Positions 1 through 10,258 of a stretch of DNA of 64,000 nt are shown piece after piece. This stretch comes from Polyangiaceae bacterium (GTDB lineage: Bacteria; Myxococcota_A; Polyangia; Polyangiales; Polyangiaceae): assembly GCA_044376115.1 (NCBI GenBank), contig JBILLK010000036.1, forward strand, positions 42,169 through 106,168. The letters are read 5' to 3'. Position numbers and translations under genes: made by a program. Each line of letters starts with the position of its first letter. Position 1 is the first letter of the stretch. The notes under the pieces were generated by a model. The model had not been told where the DNA came from, made no database searches, and was given only the letters and a program-made list of their open reading frames with translations.

Positions 1-143
1 CCGCTGTCGTCGCAGCCGGTCGCGCCGCCAGAGCCACCGTCACCGCCGGAGCCACCGTCACCACCCGAGCCGCTCGAGCTGCCGCAGGCGATGGTGAAGA
101 GGAGTACGGAGGAACCGAGGATTGAGGCGATCGATCGAAGCAT
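1..143 (-). CDS. Gly/Ser-rich lipoprotein, N-terminal part (runs off window start)
   Basis: Translated by hand from ATG at 143: MLRSIASILGSSVLLFTIACGSSSGSGGDGGSGGDGGSGGATGCDDS; lipobox-like IAC; AGGAG RBS upstream. Confidence 0.75.
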   Translation of the reverse strand, partial: MLRSIASILGSSVLLFTIACGSSSGSGGDGGSGGDGGSGGATGCDDS

Positions 144-417
144 GGTGAGTCTCCTGAAGGTTGGACGCGTGCGGCCGCCCCCCGAAGAGGGCGCGACGAA
201 GTGAAAAGCCGTGAGCCCCTCGAGGCCGCCCTAGCGCGTCCTCCCGTTGCTCACTTGTAGACCCCTTAAGCAACCGCGATGCCATCCGAGACTTGAGCGG
301 GATATCGCTGAAATTCAGGCTTTGGAAGGTGATAGTTGTCTCAATTGTGTATCAATGTCGTATCGATTGGCATCTATGAGACAGTGCGGCACAGTCAAAG
401 CCTACAAAACAAGAGAC

Positions 418-478
418 TCGGAGCATTCGGATGCTCAACCCAGGGTCGAGGGTGGGTCGGAGCATTCGGAATGCTCAG
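418..478. promoter_or_regulatory. Two near-identical palindromes (GAGCATTCGG[A]ATGCTC) 40 bp apart; putative operator or recombination sites
   Basis: tcggagcattcggatgctca at 418-437 and tcggagcattcggaatgctca at 458-478, in an intergenic region. Confidence 0.45.
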
Positions 479-549
479 ACGCCTTGAAAAGCAGGCATGT
501 GTGGGCAGGAGGTAAAGTTGCCATTGGCGAGGAGCACTGCCTCTGCGCC

Positions 550-1401
550 CTAGCGACGAGTACGCGCCTCAACGAGCGCCTGATTTAAGACACTTGCAAA
601 ACTGTTGTCGCGCATCGTGCGCGCGAACATGTCACGCGAGAGCGCACTCCACGCTTGAACGCTCAAGCCGTAAGATGGCAGGAGCGCAGCAGGGTCGGCT
701 CCTCTCTCAATAGCGACCACAATACTCACAAACGTTGGAAGTGGGACCGTCTGGAATGGAGTACTAGGCGCGAGAGGGGCTCGGCTCGGAGCTAGAGTGA
801 AGGGCGCGGCTGCTGTCGGCACCTCCCGCACTAGGACAGTAGCTCTCGCCACCTCGCTTACGGACGCTGCGGAAGCTAGCGGAGTTGGGGATGTCACTGC
901 TTCGCCAGCGGGCGCTTGACCGTCGCCCAGTTGTGCGTTTCCCACCTGCTGAAGAGCCGTCCTCGTCTCGCCAGCTGATTGTACCACTTGAGACGACCCT
1001 GGTAGAGAGGGCTTAACAAACGGGATTTCGCTTGAATGGTTGGACGACGGAAGACCGCCCTCATCCCTTCTATTCGTCACGGATTCCAAGTTTGGTTGGC
1101 TCAGCTCCGGCGGGGGCGACGACGTGATGCGGGGAGATTCCATGCGGGCTGATTGCGTCCGTGACGCGAAAACCGCGGGCTCACCAGGAAACTGAGTTCG
1201 GTTCTCGGGGACTATTCTTGGGGAATGCACTGCAGCTGTTGGGAACATGCTCGAACCACGAGTCAGTTCCGCACGGAGTGCTTGGTCGTACCGAAAGGCA
1301 AACTCAACAACAGCCTCAACCGATGGCTCAACCACCGAACTCTCCAGCTGTTCCGTCGCGTGTGCACGTGCCAAGTCAGCGATCCATGAGCTTTGGTCCA
1401 C
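550..1401 (-). CDS. Hypothetical protein: Pro/Ser/Ala-rich linker plus C-terminal helical domain (vgrG-associated family)
   Basis: 283-aa ORF divergent from vgrG; C-terminal LPTFVSIVVAIERG...YGLSVQAWSAL...RD resembles domains in 44595-45569 and 56179-56676. Confidence 0.7.
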   Translation of the reverse strand: MDQSSWIADLARAHATEQLESSVVEPSVEAVVEFAFRYDQALRAELTRGSSMFPTAAVHSPRIVPENRTQFPGEPAVFASRTQSARMESPRITSSPPPELSQPNLESVTNRRDEGGLPSSNHSSEIPFVKPSLPGSSQVVQSAGETRTALQQVGNAQLGDGQAPAGEAVTSPTPLASAASVSEVARATVLVREVPTAAAPFTLAPSRAPLAPSTPFQTVPLPTFVSIVVAIERGADPAALLPSYGLSVQAWSALSRDMFARTMRDNSFASVLNQALVEARTRR

Positions 1402-1531
1402 TACGCCAGCTTAGTCAGGTTAGGTCTTACGAGGCGGCGATTCGGGTCGTCTCGCACCATATTGGCCTCGCCTGTTGCGCGTTGGGTCGCTACCGTTCGG
1501 TGATTGCGACTTTGGCAACTATGGAGTCACC

Positions 1532-3515
1532 ATGTCTCGGCGTTCGATGATGCGGATGGGAACACCCATCTCAACCGGCCTTGGACTAACCATTTCAGGG
1601 CGCCTTCTAAGTGCCCCACTCGAGGTGCTTTCAATCGAGGGCGAAGAATCCGCGAATGCCTTATACGAGTTTCGCGTGCGTTTTACGGCGGATCCACGAG
1701 ACGAATTGGCGGCTGACCGTAGCCACTACACATGCCTGGGCAGGTTACACTAGGTCCGGCAAGCGACGCGCGAGTCGTCTACGGGCTCGTTACGAAGTTG
1801 GTAACCGAGGTCGGTAGCATCGGACGACGACCAGTCTATCGCGCTCACATCGGCCCTCGAGCTACGCTCCTGGAGAAGCGCCGGCATTGCCGCATCTTTC
1901 AAGATCAATCGGTTGTTCAGATTGTGACCAGTCTTTTCGCAGATCATCGAATCGTCTACCGATCCCGATTGGTTGGCCAATATCCAGCCCGGGCTTACGT
2001 AGTGCAGCACCACGAGAGCGACTGGGAGTTCGCTATGCGGCTGTTAGCCGAGTGCGGCATCCTGCTCTACTTCGACCATCCGGCAGGTTACGGCGATGCC
2101 GCCGAGACTGGCCTGGGTAATAGTGAAGTAGTCGTGCTTTGTGATACCGCCCAATACTACGTTGACATCGCTGGGGGCACTGAACTCTTGGTGCGGACGG
2201 GCGGTCCAACTCAAGGATTGGAGCTTCCAGAAAATGCGGTCACAGAATTTGCCTCCAAGGTACAGCCAGCAACCACGGTTCGACTGGTCCGCGCGTTTGA
2301 CTTTAATCGCCCTACCGTAGAGTTGCACGACGCCCAGCGCGTCGAGGTCAAAGAAGAACCAGCGTTAGTCTATGAGTTTGGGGGCGAGGGAGATGAGTCG
2401 CCCCCTGAGATTCAGCACCGCGAATCCGTCTCGAACAGGATCGCAACGAAACGCTTTTGGGTGAGGGGCGCAGTGTTTGCCGCAGACTCGTACCTGCGCG
2501 TGCATTTAGTCTGAGCGGTCATACGCATCCAGCTATCGACGGCGATTATGTAGTTCTGTCAGTAGAACACCACATTCAGGCCGCGGCGGTATGTCCGCCC
2601 ACCTCATTGCCGTATGAGAATCGGTTTCTTTGTGTTCCTCGCGCCGTCCTGTTGAGACCGCGGAGTCCAGTGAAAAGGAGGTTTCTAGGGACGGAAACGG
2701 CGGTGGTAGTCGGGCCGGAGGGCGTCGAGCAATACGTTGACTCCCTGGGCCGCGTCAAGGTCCAGTTTCATTGGGACCTTACTGGCAAGTTCAATGGTCA
2801 GAGTTCCTGTTGGATACGTGTCGCGCAGTCGTTGGCAGGAGCAGGCTGGGGCGCCCAGTTTATTCCACGGGTTGGGATGGAGGTAGTCGTGACATTTCTG
2901 GGCGGGGATCCCGATCGACCGCTCATTACCCACGCGGTTTACAATGCAACCCATCCGTGGCCGTTCCCGTTGCCGCACGAAGTGACAAAGTCCGGAATTC
3001 GCACTTCGTCCTCGCCCGGGGGGAATGGATATCATGAATTCTCGATGGATGATGCTGCAGGTAAGGAGAAGTTATTCATTCACGCGCAGCGCGACGCAGC
3101 CCGAGTAATAAGAAACGACGACGCTGAACTAATAGGCAATGACCAACGGAGCAACGTTGTCCGCGACCGACTTACCGAAGTTGGCCGTAGGGACGACTCG
3201 GTGATTGGTGAACAGCATAGTCGAGCCATCGGCGGGGACTCGCAAACAGGAACAGTGATGCAGAATGGGCGCATCAAGCTGAGTACTGGCGGATCTAGCT
3301 TGGAGTTGGCCGGTGACAATGCCACCTTGAGCGCTAACGCAGAGATTAACCTAGCCGCTGGCTCAGCCATTCATCTTAGGGCTCCGCTGGTAACCATTGA
3401 GGCGGACGCCGTAGAGATACGCGGTACGGGTATCATCCAAGTCGACGGTGGCGGATTGGTCACAATTACGGGCGGTATGGTGAAGGTCAACGGCGGAGTA
3501 GTAACGGAGAACTAG
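1532..3515 (+). pseudogene. vgrG: Type VI secretion spike VgrG, split by two frameshifts
   Basis: VgrG motifs in three successive frames: IEGEESANALYEF; RIFQDQS, YVVQHHESDWEF; DSLGRVKVQFHWD, SCWIRVAQ, IPRVGMEVVVTFLGGDPDRP, KLFIHAQRD. Shifts near 1715-1730 and at the CCCCC run 2401-2405. Confidence 0.85.
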
Positions 3516-3516
3516 C

Positions 3517-3975
3517 ATGCGAAGAAGCCTTAACGCGCAGCACCTACAGATTGTTGAGACTACGACGAAGTCATTGGCGACAACGTGTCAGCGGGCGAGT
3601 TTGGAAGACGTAACGACGGAGGGCACCGTGCGCATTAGACTTGCGGATGGGAGCGTGCACTGCGCGGTCCTTGCTACCGAGGAGAGTGATCAAGCTCTGC
3701 TGGGCGCAATCGAGGCGAGGAAGCCGGTCGTCGTTTGCCTTATGGAGGAGGAATGGGTGATTTTGGGGCTCTTGCGCGACCGTTTGGGACTTGCGCCGGC
3801 TGGGGCGATTGGCCCACGAGTTGAACTTGAAGCAAGTGATAGCCTGATTATTGGTTGCGGTGAAGCTAGCATTGAACTTCACGCAAGCGGTCGCATCGCC
3901 CTTCGCGGGCACGATGTGCTGGTTAGCTCTTCAGGAACCACGGCCATTCAAGGCGCGACAGTGCGTGTCAATTGA
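3517..3975 (+). CDS. DUF6484-like T6SS spike-associated protein
   Basis: C-terminal beta-rich RVELEASDSLIIGCGEASIELHASGRIALRG...IQGATVRVN; position between vgrG and DUF4150 gene. Confidence 0.75.
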   Translation: MRRSLNAQHLQIVETTTKSLATTCQRASLEDVTTEGTVRIRLADGSVHCAVLATEESDQALLGAIEARKPVVVCLMEEEWVILGLLRDRLGLAPAGAIGPRVELEASDSLIIGCGEASIELHASGRIALRGHDVLVSSSGTTAIQGATVRVN

Positions 3976-3984
3976 GACGTAATC

Positions 3985-5232
3985 ATGGCAGTTACCGTTG
4001 TCGTTAACGAGCGTACTATTATTCACCGCAACTCCGAGGGACAAGCCCTCGGCGTGCCCGACGTCTGCAAAACGCCGCAGAGTTTTGAGCCTGTTCCTTA
4101 CGCTAACTTGGCGCTGAGCAAAGACCTTGATGGCGCAGCAACTACTGTCTTTGCTGATGGATGTTCTATCGCGAAGCAGTCCTCCTGGATTGCTCGCTCA
4201 ACAGGAGATGAGCCCGGTACTGAAGGCGGCGTGATAAGTGGCTGCAACCGCGGAAAGGCCTCTTGGCTTACCTACTCGCCAGACGTGATGATTGAAGGGG
4301 AGTACGTTCCACGAGCATTGGACCTTACCGCGATGAACCACGGGAGCCCAGCGAACTCCTTTGGCTGGTGGATACAGAATCTTAGTGTGCTTGGCGCAAC
4401 GCAGATTGTTTGCGTGGCTATCTGTAGCTGTCAGGCGATGTTGCTGAAGATGTGGTGCTTTAAGAAGTTCATGTCTTCAGGTGGACGAGATTTTCTCAAT
4501 AAGCAGGGGGCACTGAGCTTCTGGACTCCCCAGCTTGCTCAAGTAAAGCAAGGCTACGGTGCGCAAAGGTTGGTAACGGTTTACGAGCCACGCTTTCCAG
4601 GTATCTACCCGGAAGTCAGCTTCCGACAGTTGCCTAGTGGGCGTTGGCAGGTAGTGCACAGCGACCAGAACACTACGGGTCACCCGCCACTTCCAATCCC
4701 TGCGGGGGAATGGATACCAAACACCAAGCGCCCCGACGTCGTGGTGGCGAAGGACCCTACGAAGCCGCTAACGCGTGACAACATCAAAGAGATTATCGAG
4801 GTGAAATTCATCCCGGGAGACGAGTTCAACGAGGACCAAACGCGCGACTACAACAAGCTCGTTCCAGGGGTACGGGTGAAAGAAGTCTCCAACGAGAGTT
4901 GTGGCTGCAGCAAAGTGGATTGGAGCCCAAAAGGGGTACGACAGCGGGTGGAGGCCGAGAACCTTCAGCCCAAAGCGGAAGAGGTGGATGGTGAGTGCAG
5001 CGAGCCAGAGGAATCTGTGGATTTAGAGCCCGTATCCCCCAAGGCACCGGTCGACTCGTTGCCGCCTTGGCTTACCCCATTGTTTGATTGGGCGCGAAGG
5101 CCAAGGCCGAGTGCGCCCCGAGTGCCTGTGTCAAGGCCGACAGGACCAGGTTTACGGCTTCATCCCGTGTTGTTCTTGATGGAAATACTCGTGGACTGGG
5201 ATAAGTACAATCCGAGTAAAGTCGAAGCATGA
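3985..5232 (+). CDS. DUF4150 (PAAR-like) domain fused to VRR-Nuc / PD-(D/E)xK nuclease toxin (TseV-like)
   Basis: N-terminal PDVCKTP...VPYAN...STGDEPGT.GGVISG...SPDVMIEG; C-terminal RPDVVVAKDPTKP...NIKEIIEVKF. Confidence 0.88.
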   Translation: MAVTVVVNERTIIHRNSEGQALGVPDVCKTPQSFEPVPYANLALSKDLDGAATTVFADGCSIAKQSSWIARSTGDEPGTEGGVISGCNRGKASWLTYSPDVMIEGEYVPRALDLTAMNHGSPANSFGWWIQNLSVLGATQIVCVAICSCQAMLLKMWCFKKFMSSGGRDFLNKQGALSFWTPQLAQVKQGYGAQRLVTVYEPRFPGIYPEVSFRQLPSGRWQVVHSDQNTTGHPPLPIPAGEWIPNTKRPDVVVAKDPTKPLTRDNIKEIIEVKFIPGDEFNEDQTRDYNKLVPGVRVKEVSNESCGCSKVDWSPKGVRQRVEAENLQPKAEEVDGECSEPEESVDLEPVSPKAPVDSLPPWLTPLFDWARRPRPSAPRVPVSRPTGPGLRLHPVLFLMEILVDWDKYNPSKVEA

Positions 5233-6392
5233 AGTTAACTTCCTTTCGGTTGCTTCACGGGTTTGATTGCATATTTGATCTGGAGCGTGACTCTTCTTCC
5301 TACGCTGACTTTTTCGAGAAGTGCTTTGACGAGCTACCCCACAGTTTTTTTATAGGGCCTTCCCAGGCGCGACCATCCCAGCCACGGTACCGCGGGCTCC
5401 TAAGGCACTATTTGGCCAAGTCGGAGCGTCCAGCTCGGTCGTATGACATTCTAGATGCGGACGGCCCGCGGGAATTGAGGCGGGGGGGCTTGCATCTATT
5501 TGCGGAAGGCACAGAAGCAAAGATCTCTCGAGACTGGTCTTGTCAGCGTTTGTTTTTTCCGCTGACGGAGCCACCGGGCAAGCTACTTGAGTGGGTGTTG
5601 CACTTCGTTCGGACCGTGCCTGTTCGCTACGGTGTTGGGGGCTTGACGCTAGCACCTGCGGCCACTGCGTATGAGGGTAACAACCCCCAAGAGGCCTTCC
5701 AGTATTGTTGGCGTAATCGCGGGGCTATTTTCTGGTCGTACGCAAGTATGCAGGCCAAGGATGGTATTCGGGACAGCAATTGGCTTACCCTGGTGTCGCA
5801 GGAGCTGTTGACCAAGGCTGGCGGTATCGAGGCTGCGCGCAAGAACCTCTCCGATGCCGTTACGATTCACTCGGTTAGGGAAGGGTGGTTATTCCAGGCG
5901 GGCGAGCGGCCGCTACTTGGGGATATGAGCAAGCGTGCCGATGATTTTAGTGCTTACGTTGAGGTCGCTCGGTTTCTCAGGCCTTGCCGAGACCCCAAAG
6001 TTTTGTGGGGACCCTTTGAATCTCCTGGAGAATTCACCCACGAAGAGATGCGGCAGTGGATTGCACGCTTTGATGGTGGAGTGCCTTATGCCGCGAAGAT
6101 GCCAGAGATTCCCCCGCCCCTGAAACAGCCAGCGGACATATTCACGAACTTTGACAAGCTTGCGCAGGCTGAGGTCGATTGGACTGCGTACGGCGATTTC
6201 GGCGCGGCGAGCAATGGTATTCATCCGCAGATAATTTCTAACATAGTAGCGTCGGCGCGAGCGCTACTCACCGTCGACCCCGTCTTTGCCAAGGGCTTTA
6301 TCCCCGCGATGGAAAGAGCAAAGGAACGCGGACCGACCCCGCTTCCTCCAGGTACCGTTTTGCCTAAGCGCAGACTGAAGAAGCGGACCTAG
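5229..6392 (+). CDS. DUF3396 type VI immunity family protein (TsiV-like)
   Basis: Start overlaps toxin stop (ATGA); motifs SNWLTLV, FQAGERPLLGD, AYVEVARFLRP, WIARFD. Confidence 0.85.
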   Translation: MKLTSFRLLHGFDCIFDLERDSSSYADFFEKCFDELPHSFFIGPSQARPSQPRYRGLLRHYLAKSERPARSYDILDADGPRELRRGGLHLFAEGTEAKISRDWSCQRLFFPLTEPPGKLLEWVLHFVRTVPVRYGVGGLTLAPAATAYEGNNPQEAFQYCWRNRGAIFWSYASMQAKDGIRDSNWLTLVSQELLTKAGGIEAARKNLSDAVTIHSVREGWLFQAGERPLLGDMSKRADDFSAYVEVARFLRPCRDPKVLWGPFESPGEFTHEEMRQWIARFDGGVPYAAKMPEIPPPLKQPADIFTNFDKLAQAEVDWTAYGDFGAASNGIHPQIISNIVASARALLTVDPVFAKGFIPAMERAKERGPTPLPPGTVLPKRRLKKRT

Positions 6393-6394
6393 TT

Positions 6395-7504
6395 GTGTCG
6401 TTCTTTCCTCTTCGCTTGGTACACGAGCATTTTGACTCCTTGGAAGGGCTGCTCGTTCGCGAGCAGTCCTTGAGTTTCGATCGGAGGTTGGTTGGAGGAC
6501 AGCTTGCGCGAGTACAAGAGCGAATGCAGGCGCACCTAGCGGGTCTCGACCACCGCCTGGAGGAAAGTCTCGCTGTTGCCAATTCCCGTTTGTACGCTCG
6601 CTCGGCCCCGTCGAGGGCTGCAGCGGCCTGGACCCTCGTACGCCTCGCGCCAGGGCGTTTGCCCGTGCGATCAAAACGGGAAGTTGGGTTTGCAGTCATT
6701 GACACGCTGATACAGCATGGTCTGGTCCAGGGCTCGCCGGAGCTAGTCGCAGCGCAGCAACAAGTAACAAGACCCCACGAGTTGGATAACGCTCTCGTCT
6801 CTAGCGATACCGAGGTAGCATTCATCGCTCTTGCCGCGGCGTCGGCACTAGGACGCAAGTCGGCACTAGCAACTGCTCTCAAGGTTCTTTCACACCCAAC
6901 AGACGCTGGGCTTACTCGCATGGCCGTGTTCGCAGTAGGACGGAGTTTGTCCCGAGGCCCAACAGACGCGGGCCCTGCGGGGGTTTTGGAAGCACTTCTC
7001 GGTGAACAAATCACGACGATCCCGGGCCTACCAATTCTGGCGGCGCTGTTTGGACACTGGCCGACCGCTTTGCGCCTTGAGAATTGTGCCGTCCACGGAA
7101 AGACCGCTCAATTGCGTGAGCAGTGTGTCGTCGGCCTCGGACTACTAGGGCTCGAACGGTCGATCCCGCTGTTGCGCGAACTGGCCAACGACATGGATCA
7201 TCACCATCCAAATCTCCACCTAGCTGCTCGGCGCGCGCTCTCCCAGATGACGGGTGGAGGGGTAGGTGTCGCCGACGACGGACAAAGGATAATCTCGGAT
7301 ACTTGTATTGTTGAACTCCATGAGTCACGGGGGCCGATGGCGCGGTGGTTCTGTGGCGCACCAGCAGTAGGGCATGGCAGCGCTTGCCTGTCGCCGGCTC
7401 AGGTTTACTGGCGTTCGCTGTGGGACGGATCAGTCGTTCGACTACCGTGGGAGGTGCTGCTTCACGGTAGAGTTCCAGCAAGTTTCTGGAGTTCGCTCGC
7501 ATGA
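6395..7504 (+). CDS. TIGR02270-like HEAT-repeat T6SS accessory protein
   Basis: N-terminal EHFDSL...LARVQERMQAHLAGL; helical repeats LGLLGLERSIPLL, AARRALSQMTG; context beside DUF2169. Confidence 0.7.
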   Translation: MSFFPLRLVHEHFDSLEGLLVREQSLSFDRRLVGGQLARVQERMQAHLAGLDHRLEESLAVANSRLYARSAPSRAAAAWTLVRLAPGRLPVRSKREVGFAVIDTLIQHGLVQGSPELVAAQQQVTRPHELDNALVSSDTEVAFIALAAASALGRKSALATALKVLSHPTDAGLTRMAVFAVGRSLSRGPTDAGPAGVLEALLGEQITTIPGLPILAALFGHWPTALRLENCAVHGKTAQLREQCVVGLGLLGLERSIPLLRELANDMDHHHPNLHLAARRALSQMTGGGVGVADDGQRIISDTCIVELHESRGPMARWFCGAPAVGHGSACLSPAQVYWRSLWDGSVVRLPWEVLLHGRVPASFWSSLA

Positions 7505-8445
7505 TTAATTGTCTCAACCTCAGTCGCCAAGGCTGTGAGGAGCTAATTGTTTCCGGCTTACTCGGTGAGCCTCTGCGAGTGATTGGCCTCCGGAGCCGCT
7601 TCGTCGCGTCGACTGGCAAGCCTGCGCCTGAAAGTGAAGCGGTGAGATTAACTGACCAATTCGGTCCACGTGGGGAATTGCTCGAGCCGGGCGATTTGGT
7701 TCCGGAGCGGGTTGGGACGGTCCTTTCGATTCGTGGCGAAGCCGTAGGTGTGGAGGCCCCCGTGTCGGCTCGAGTGCAGGTCGGTACCTTCAATTGGCGA
7801 GCGACCGTTTGGCATCCGCGACGCTGGGTTATGCAATCTGGCCAATGGTGTGCTGAGCGAGCCGGTCCTTTCCAGCCGGTAAAGCTAGCGTTTGCGAGTG
7901 CTTTCGGCGGACCTAGCTTTCCAGATAACCCTCTAGGCATGGGGCACATAGGATCAGGCGAACATCCTGAAGGTATCGCGCTGCCGCTCATTGAGCAGGT
8001 TGGACTGCCGGTCCACAGTCCGTGGCAACGCCTAGAGCCGGTTGCTCTGGACTATATCCCACCTGAGTGGCCCGCGCGGAGACGCTTCTCAGGGACTTTC
8101 GACGCCGCGTGGGCCCGTAAGCAAGCCCCTCGATTGCCAGATGATTTTGACCCGCGTTTCTGGGATGCGGGGACGCTAGTGACCTATCCGCGTCTACGTG
8201 GTGGAGAGGAACTACTAACGGAGAACATTGGTTGCCTCGGCGTTGCGCGCTGGCGCGTACCACGAAACGTAGTTCGAGTAACAATCGAAGGGCGAACTTA
8301 CCTCCCTGAAGTGGACCAGTTAATTTTGGACGTTGCAGGAGATCGGCTGACGCTTTGCTCGCGGCTTTCGTTGCCTGTAGACACTCCACTCTCTCGTTTG
8401 CCACTGGCTATCGCAAGGGTGCTCGAAGAACGCTGGCAGGCTTAG
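7501..8445 (+). CDS. DUF2169 T6SS accessory/chaperone protein
   Basis: AFGG..FPDNPLGMG, LPLIE, WPARRRFSGTFDAAWARKQAPRLPDDFDPRFW, LRGGE. Confidence 0.88.
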   Translation: MINCLNLSRQGCEELIVSGLLGEPLRVIGLRSRFVASTGKPAPESEAVRLTDQFGPRGELLEPGDLVPERVGTVLSIRGEAVGVEAPVSARVQVGTFNWRATVWHPRRWVMQSGQWCAERAGPFQPVKLAFASAFGGPSFPDNPLGMGHIGSGEHPEGIALPLIEQVGLPVHSPWQRLEPVALDYIPPEWPARRRFSGTFDAAWARKQAPRLPDDFDPRFWDAGTLVTYPRLRGGEELLTENIGCLGVARWRVPRNVVRVTIEGRTYLPEVDQLILDVAGDRLTLCSRLSLPVDTPLSRLPLAIARVLEERWQA

Positions 8446-8447
8446 GT

Positions 8448-9440
8448 ATGTACGTTGTAGCAGCAGGAGCAAGGAGTTCTGTTGGAGAATCGTTACGCGA
8501 GACTCGCCTGAGCCTTGCCGCAGGTATTCGGAGGTTTCGCCGAACACCCCAGCCAATTGGGCCTTTCGCTGCACTAACGTATGCGCCGGCGTTGGAGGTG
8601 GATGTCGAGCCCGCGGAGCGCGCGAGGCTCCTCTTGGACGCGTCGCTCAACGACTTGTGGGGAGGGCGCGCACACCCATCAAAGCTGGGTATCGTCGTAC
8701 TGGTGGATCGCCTCGGGCCGAATGTTGCCCCAGACAGTTCGAGTGAGCGGTTAGCTGCAAAGGTCATGTGGGACGATGTCGAGCGGTTAGACAGCGTCGA
8801 AGCCGCTGTTGGAACCCGGTTCGATACAGCCGTGGAGATGCTTGTGCTCCCCGCGGATGCGTCCGCAGCAGTGAACGGACTTTTGCTAGCAAGAGACTGG
8901 CTTGCCACTGGCGCGGTTGAGGTCTGCTTGTTTGGCGGGCTTAGCGTAGGTTGCGACTTTGCAAGTATGGAGTGGCGTGCCAACCACCAATTGCTGCACC
9001 GCTCAGGCGGTGATGAAGGATTGATTCCGGGCGAGGCGGCGGCCTTTGTCGAATTGCGGGCCAGGGGTAGCGGCATTCATGTGGAGCACATGATGTACAG
9101 CCAAAGCACAGAGCCATCGGGGGTAGACGCCCTCACTGACGCAATGAATCATGTGTTGGGCAACTTGCCAGGGGCTCCTTCCGCCGTCTGGCTCGACGCT
9201 AACGGCCTGGTTGGTCGCAAACGAGAATGGGCTTTGGCTAGTGCCAGAAGTCTTGGACTGCGCAAGCAAACGCCACTGGTACGTGAGCCTTTGCGAGGTC
9301 TCGGAGACGTGGGTCCAGCGACCCTTCCGATGATGCTTGGTCTTGCATTCGATGGACCTCGAGACAAGGGCCCGATCTTGGGAGTTCTCGCCCATGGGTT
9401 CAGTTTTGGGCGAGGGTGCGTAGCGTGGGAGTCAACTTGA
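8448..9440 (+). CDS. Beta-ketoacyl-synthase-like (PRK06147-type) T6SS accessory protein
   Basis: AGARSSVG, GLIPGEAAAFV, LGDVGPA motifs; follows DUF2169; ATG at 8448. Confidence 0.8.
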   Translation: MYVVAAGARSSVGESLRETRLSLAAGIRRFRRTPQPIGPFAALTYAPALEVDVEPAERARLLLDASLNDLWGGRAHPSKLGIVVLVDRLGPNVAPDSSSERLAAKVMWDDVERLDSVEAAVGTRFDTAVEMLVLPADASAAVNGLLLARDWLATGAVEVCLFGGLSVGCDFASMEWRANHQLLHRSGGDEGLIPGEAAAFVELRARGSGIHVEHMMYSQSTEPSGVDALTDAMNHVLGNLPGAPSAVWLDANGLVGRKREWALASARSLGLRKQTPLVREPLRGLGDVGPATLPMMLGLAFDGPRDKGPILGVLAHGFSFGRGCVAWEST

Positions 9441-10258
9441 ATCGTCGCGCTATTGTGTTATCCACCGGGCAGCTTGATCCGATTCCGCGTTGCGTACTGG
9501 CGCGCTCTTCCTGGGAGCCCGAGCTGGAGGTGGTTGTTCGAGGTGGGAATGTGGTACGGAGCCTGTCGCTAGAGTTCTCCTTTGCGAGTCCAGACATCCA
9601 GGACAGCGGGCCTGCATATGGGCCTTTTTGTCAGCTCGAGTTAGCTTTATCCTTATTGCGGCCAGGGTTCTTTGGATGGGATGGAGTCACGCCCGGAGTC
9701 ATAAGTGCCGTTGACCAGCACGCCAACGGACTGCAACTGGCGCTAACTCTCCCGCGAGCCCGGCCTGAGTTGCCCTTTGCGCTGGCGCGCGCGCTGGTAG
9801 GTTTTGCACCTGTTACGGGTATGCGCAGCTTACGAATCGTCGAGCTAGGCGCTGAACTGCACCGTCCGATTCGTAGCAGGGAACTCGACGATTGGCGACC
9901 CGATATGCCGAGCCTTCCCTATCCCTTTAAGCGCAGTGGGCGCGAGAGCGGCTCGCCTTGGACGCTGGAGGCCAACTTCCATGGGTTGCTTAGTAAGGAG
10001 GACCGGGCTCGGTTGCTCGACCTCTGCCTGGCTTATGTCGGTATCATGCGTTTGGGTTTACTACCGGGCGAGGGTTGGATTCCGTGCGCACGGGCCGAGC
10101 TGGCTCGTGCCGAGGATAGCCTGCCCGACCAGTGGGCCTTTGACCTGCTTGAGGTAGAGGGACACAATACAGCAATTGCACCGTTGCTTGAGGCGTTAGC
10201 CGTGTTGAAGCTGGATACAACACTAGCCAATGTGGAACTAAACTGTGGCTTCGGATGA
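9416..10258 (+). CDS. Hypothetical protein (probable start TTG 9437, overlapping upstream stop)
   Basis: 280-aa ORF coupled to the T6SS accessory operon; no recognised motif. Confidence 0.6.
   Translation: MRSVGVNLNRRAIVLSTGQLDPIPRCVLARSSWEPELEVVVRGGNVVRSLSLEFSFASPDIQDSGPAYGPFCQLELALSLLRPGFFGWDGVTPGVISAVDQHANGLQLALTLPRARPELPFALARALVGFAPVTGMRSLRIVELGAELHRPIRSRELDDWRPDMPSLPYPFKRSGRESGSPWTLEANFHGLLSKEDRARLLDLCLAYVGIMRLGLLPGEGWIPCARAELARAEDSLPDQWAFDLLEVEGHNTAIAPLLEALAVLKLDTTLANVELNCGFG

Noticed and set aside
8448..9440. Fatty-acid or polyketide biosynthesis gene
   Set aside because: No ACP or other FAS/PKS genes nearby; context matches the T6SS-associated PRK06147-like family
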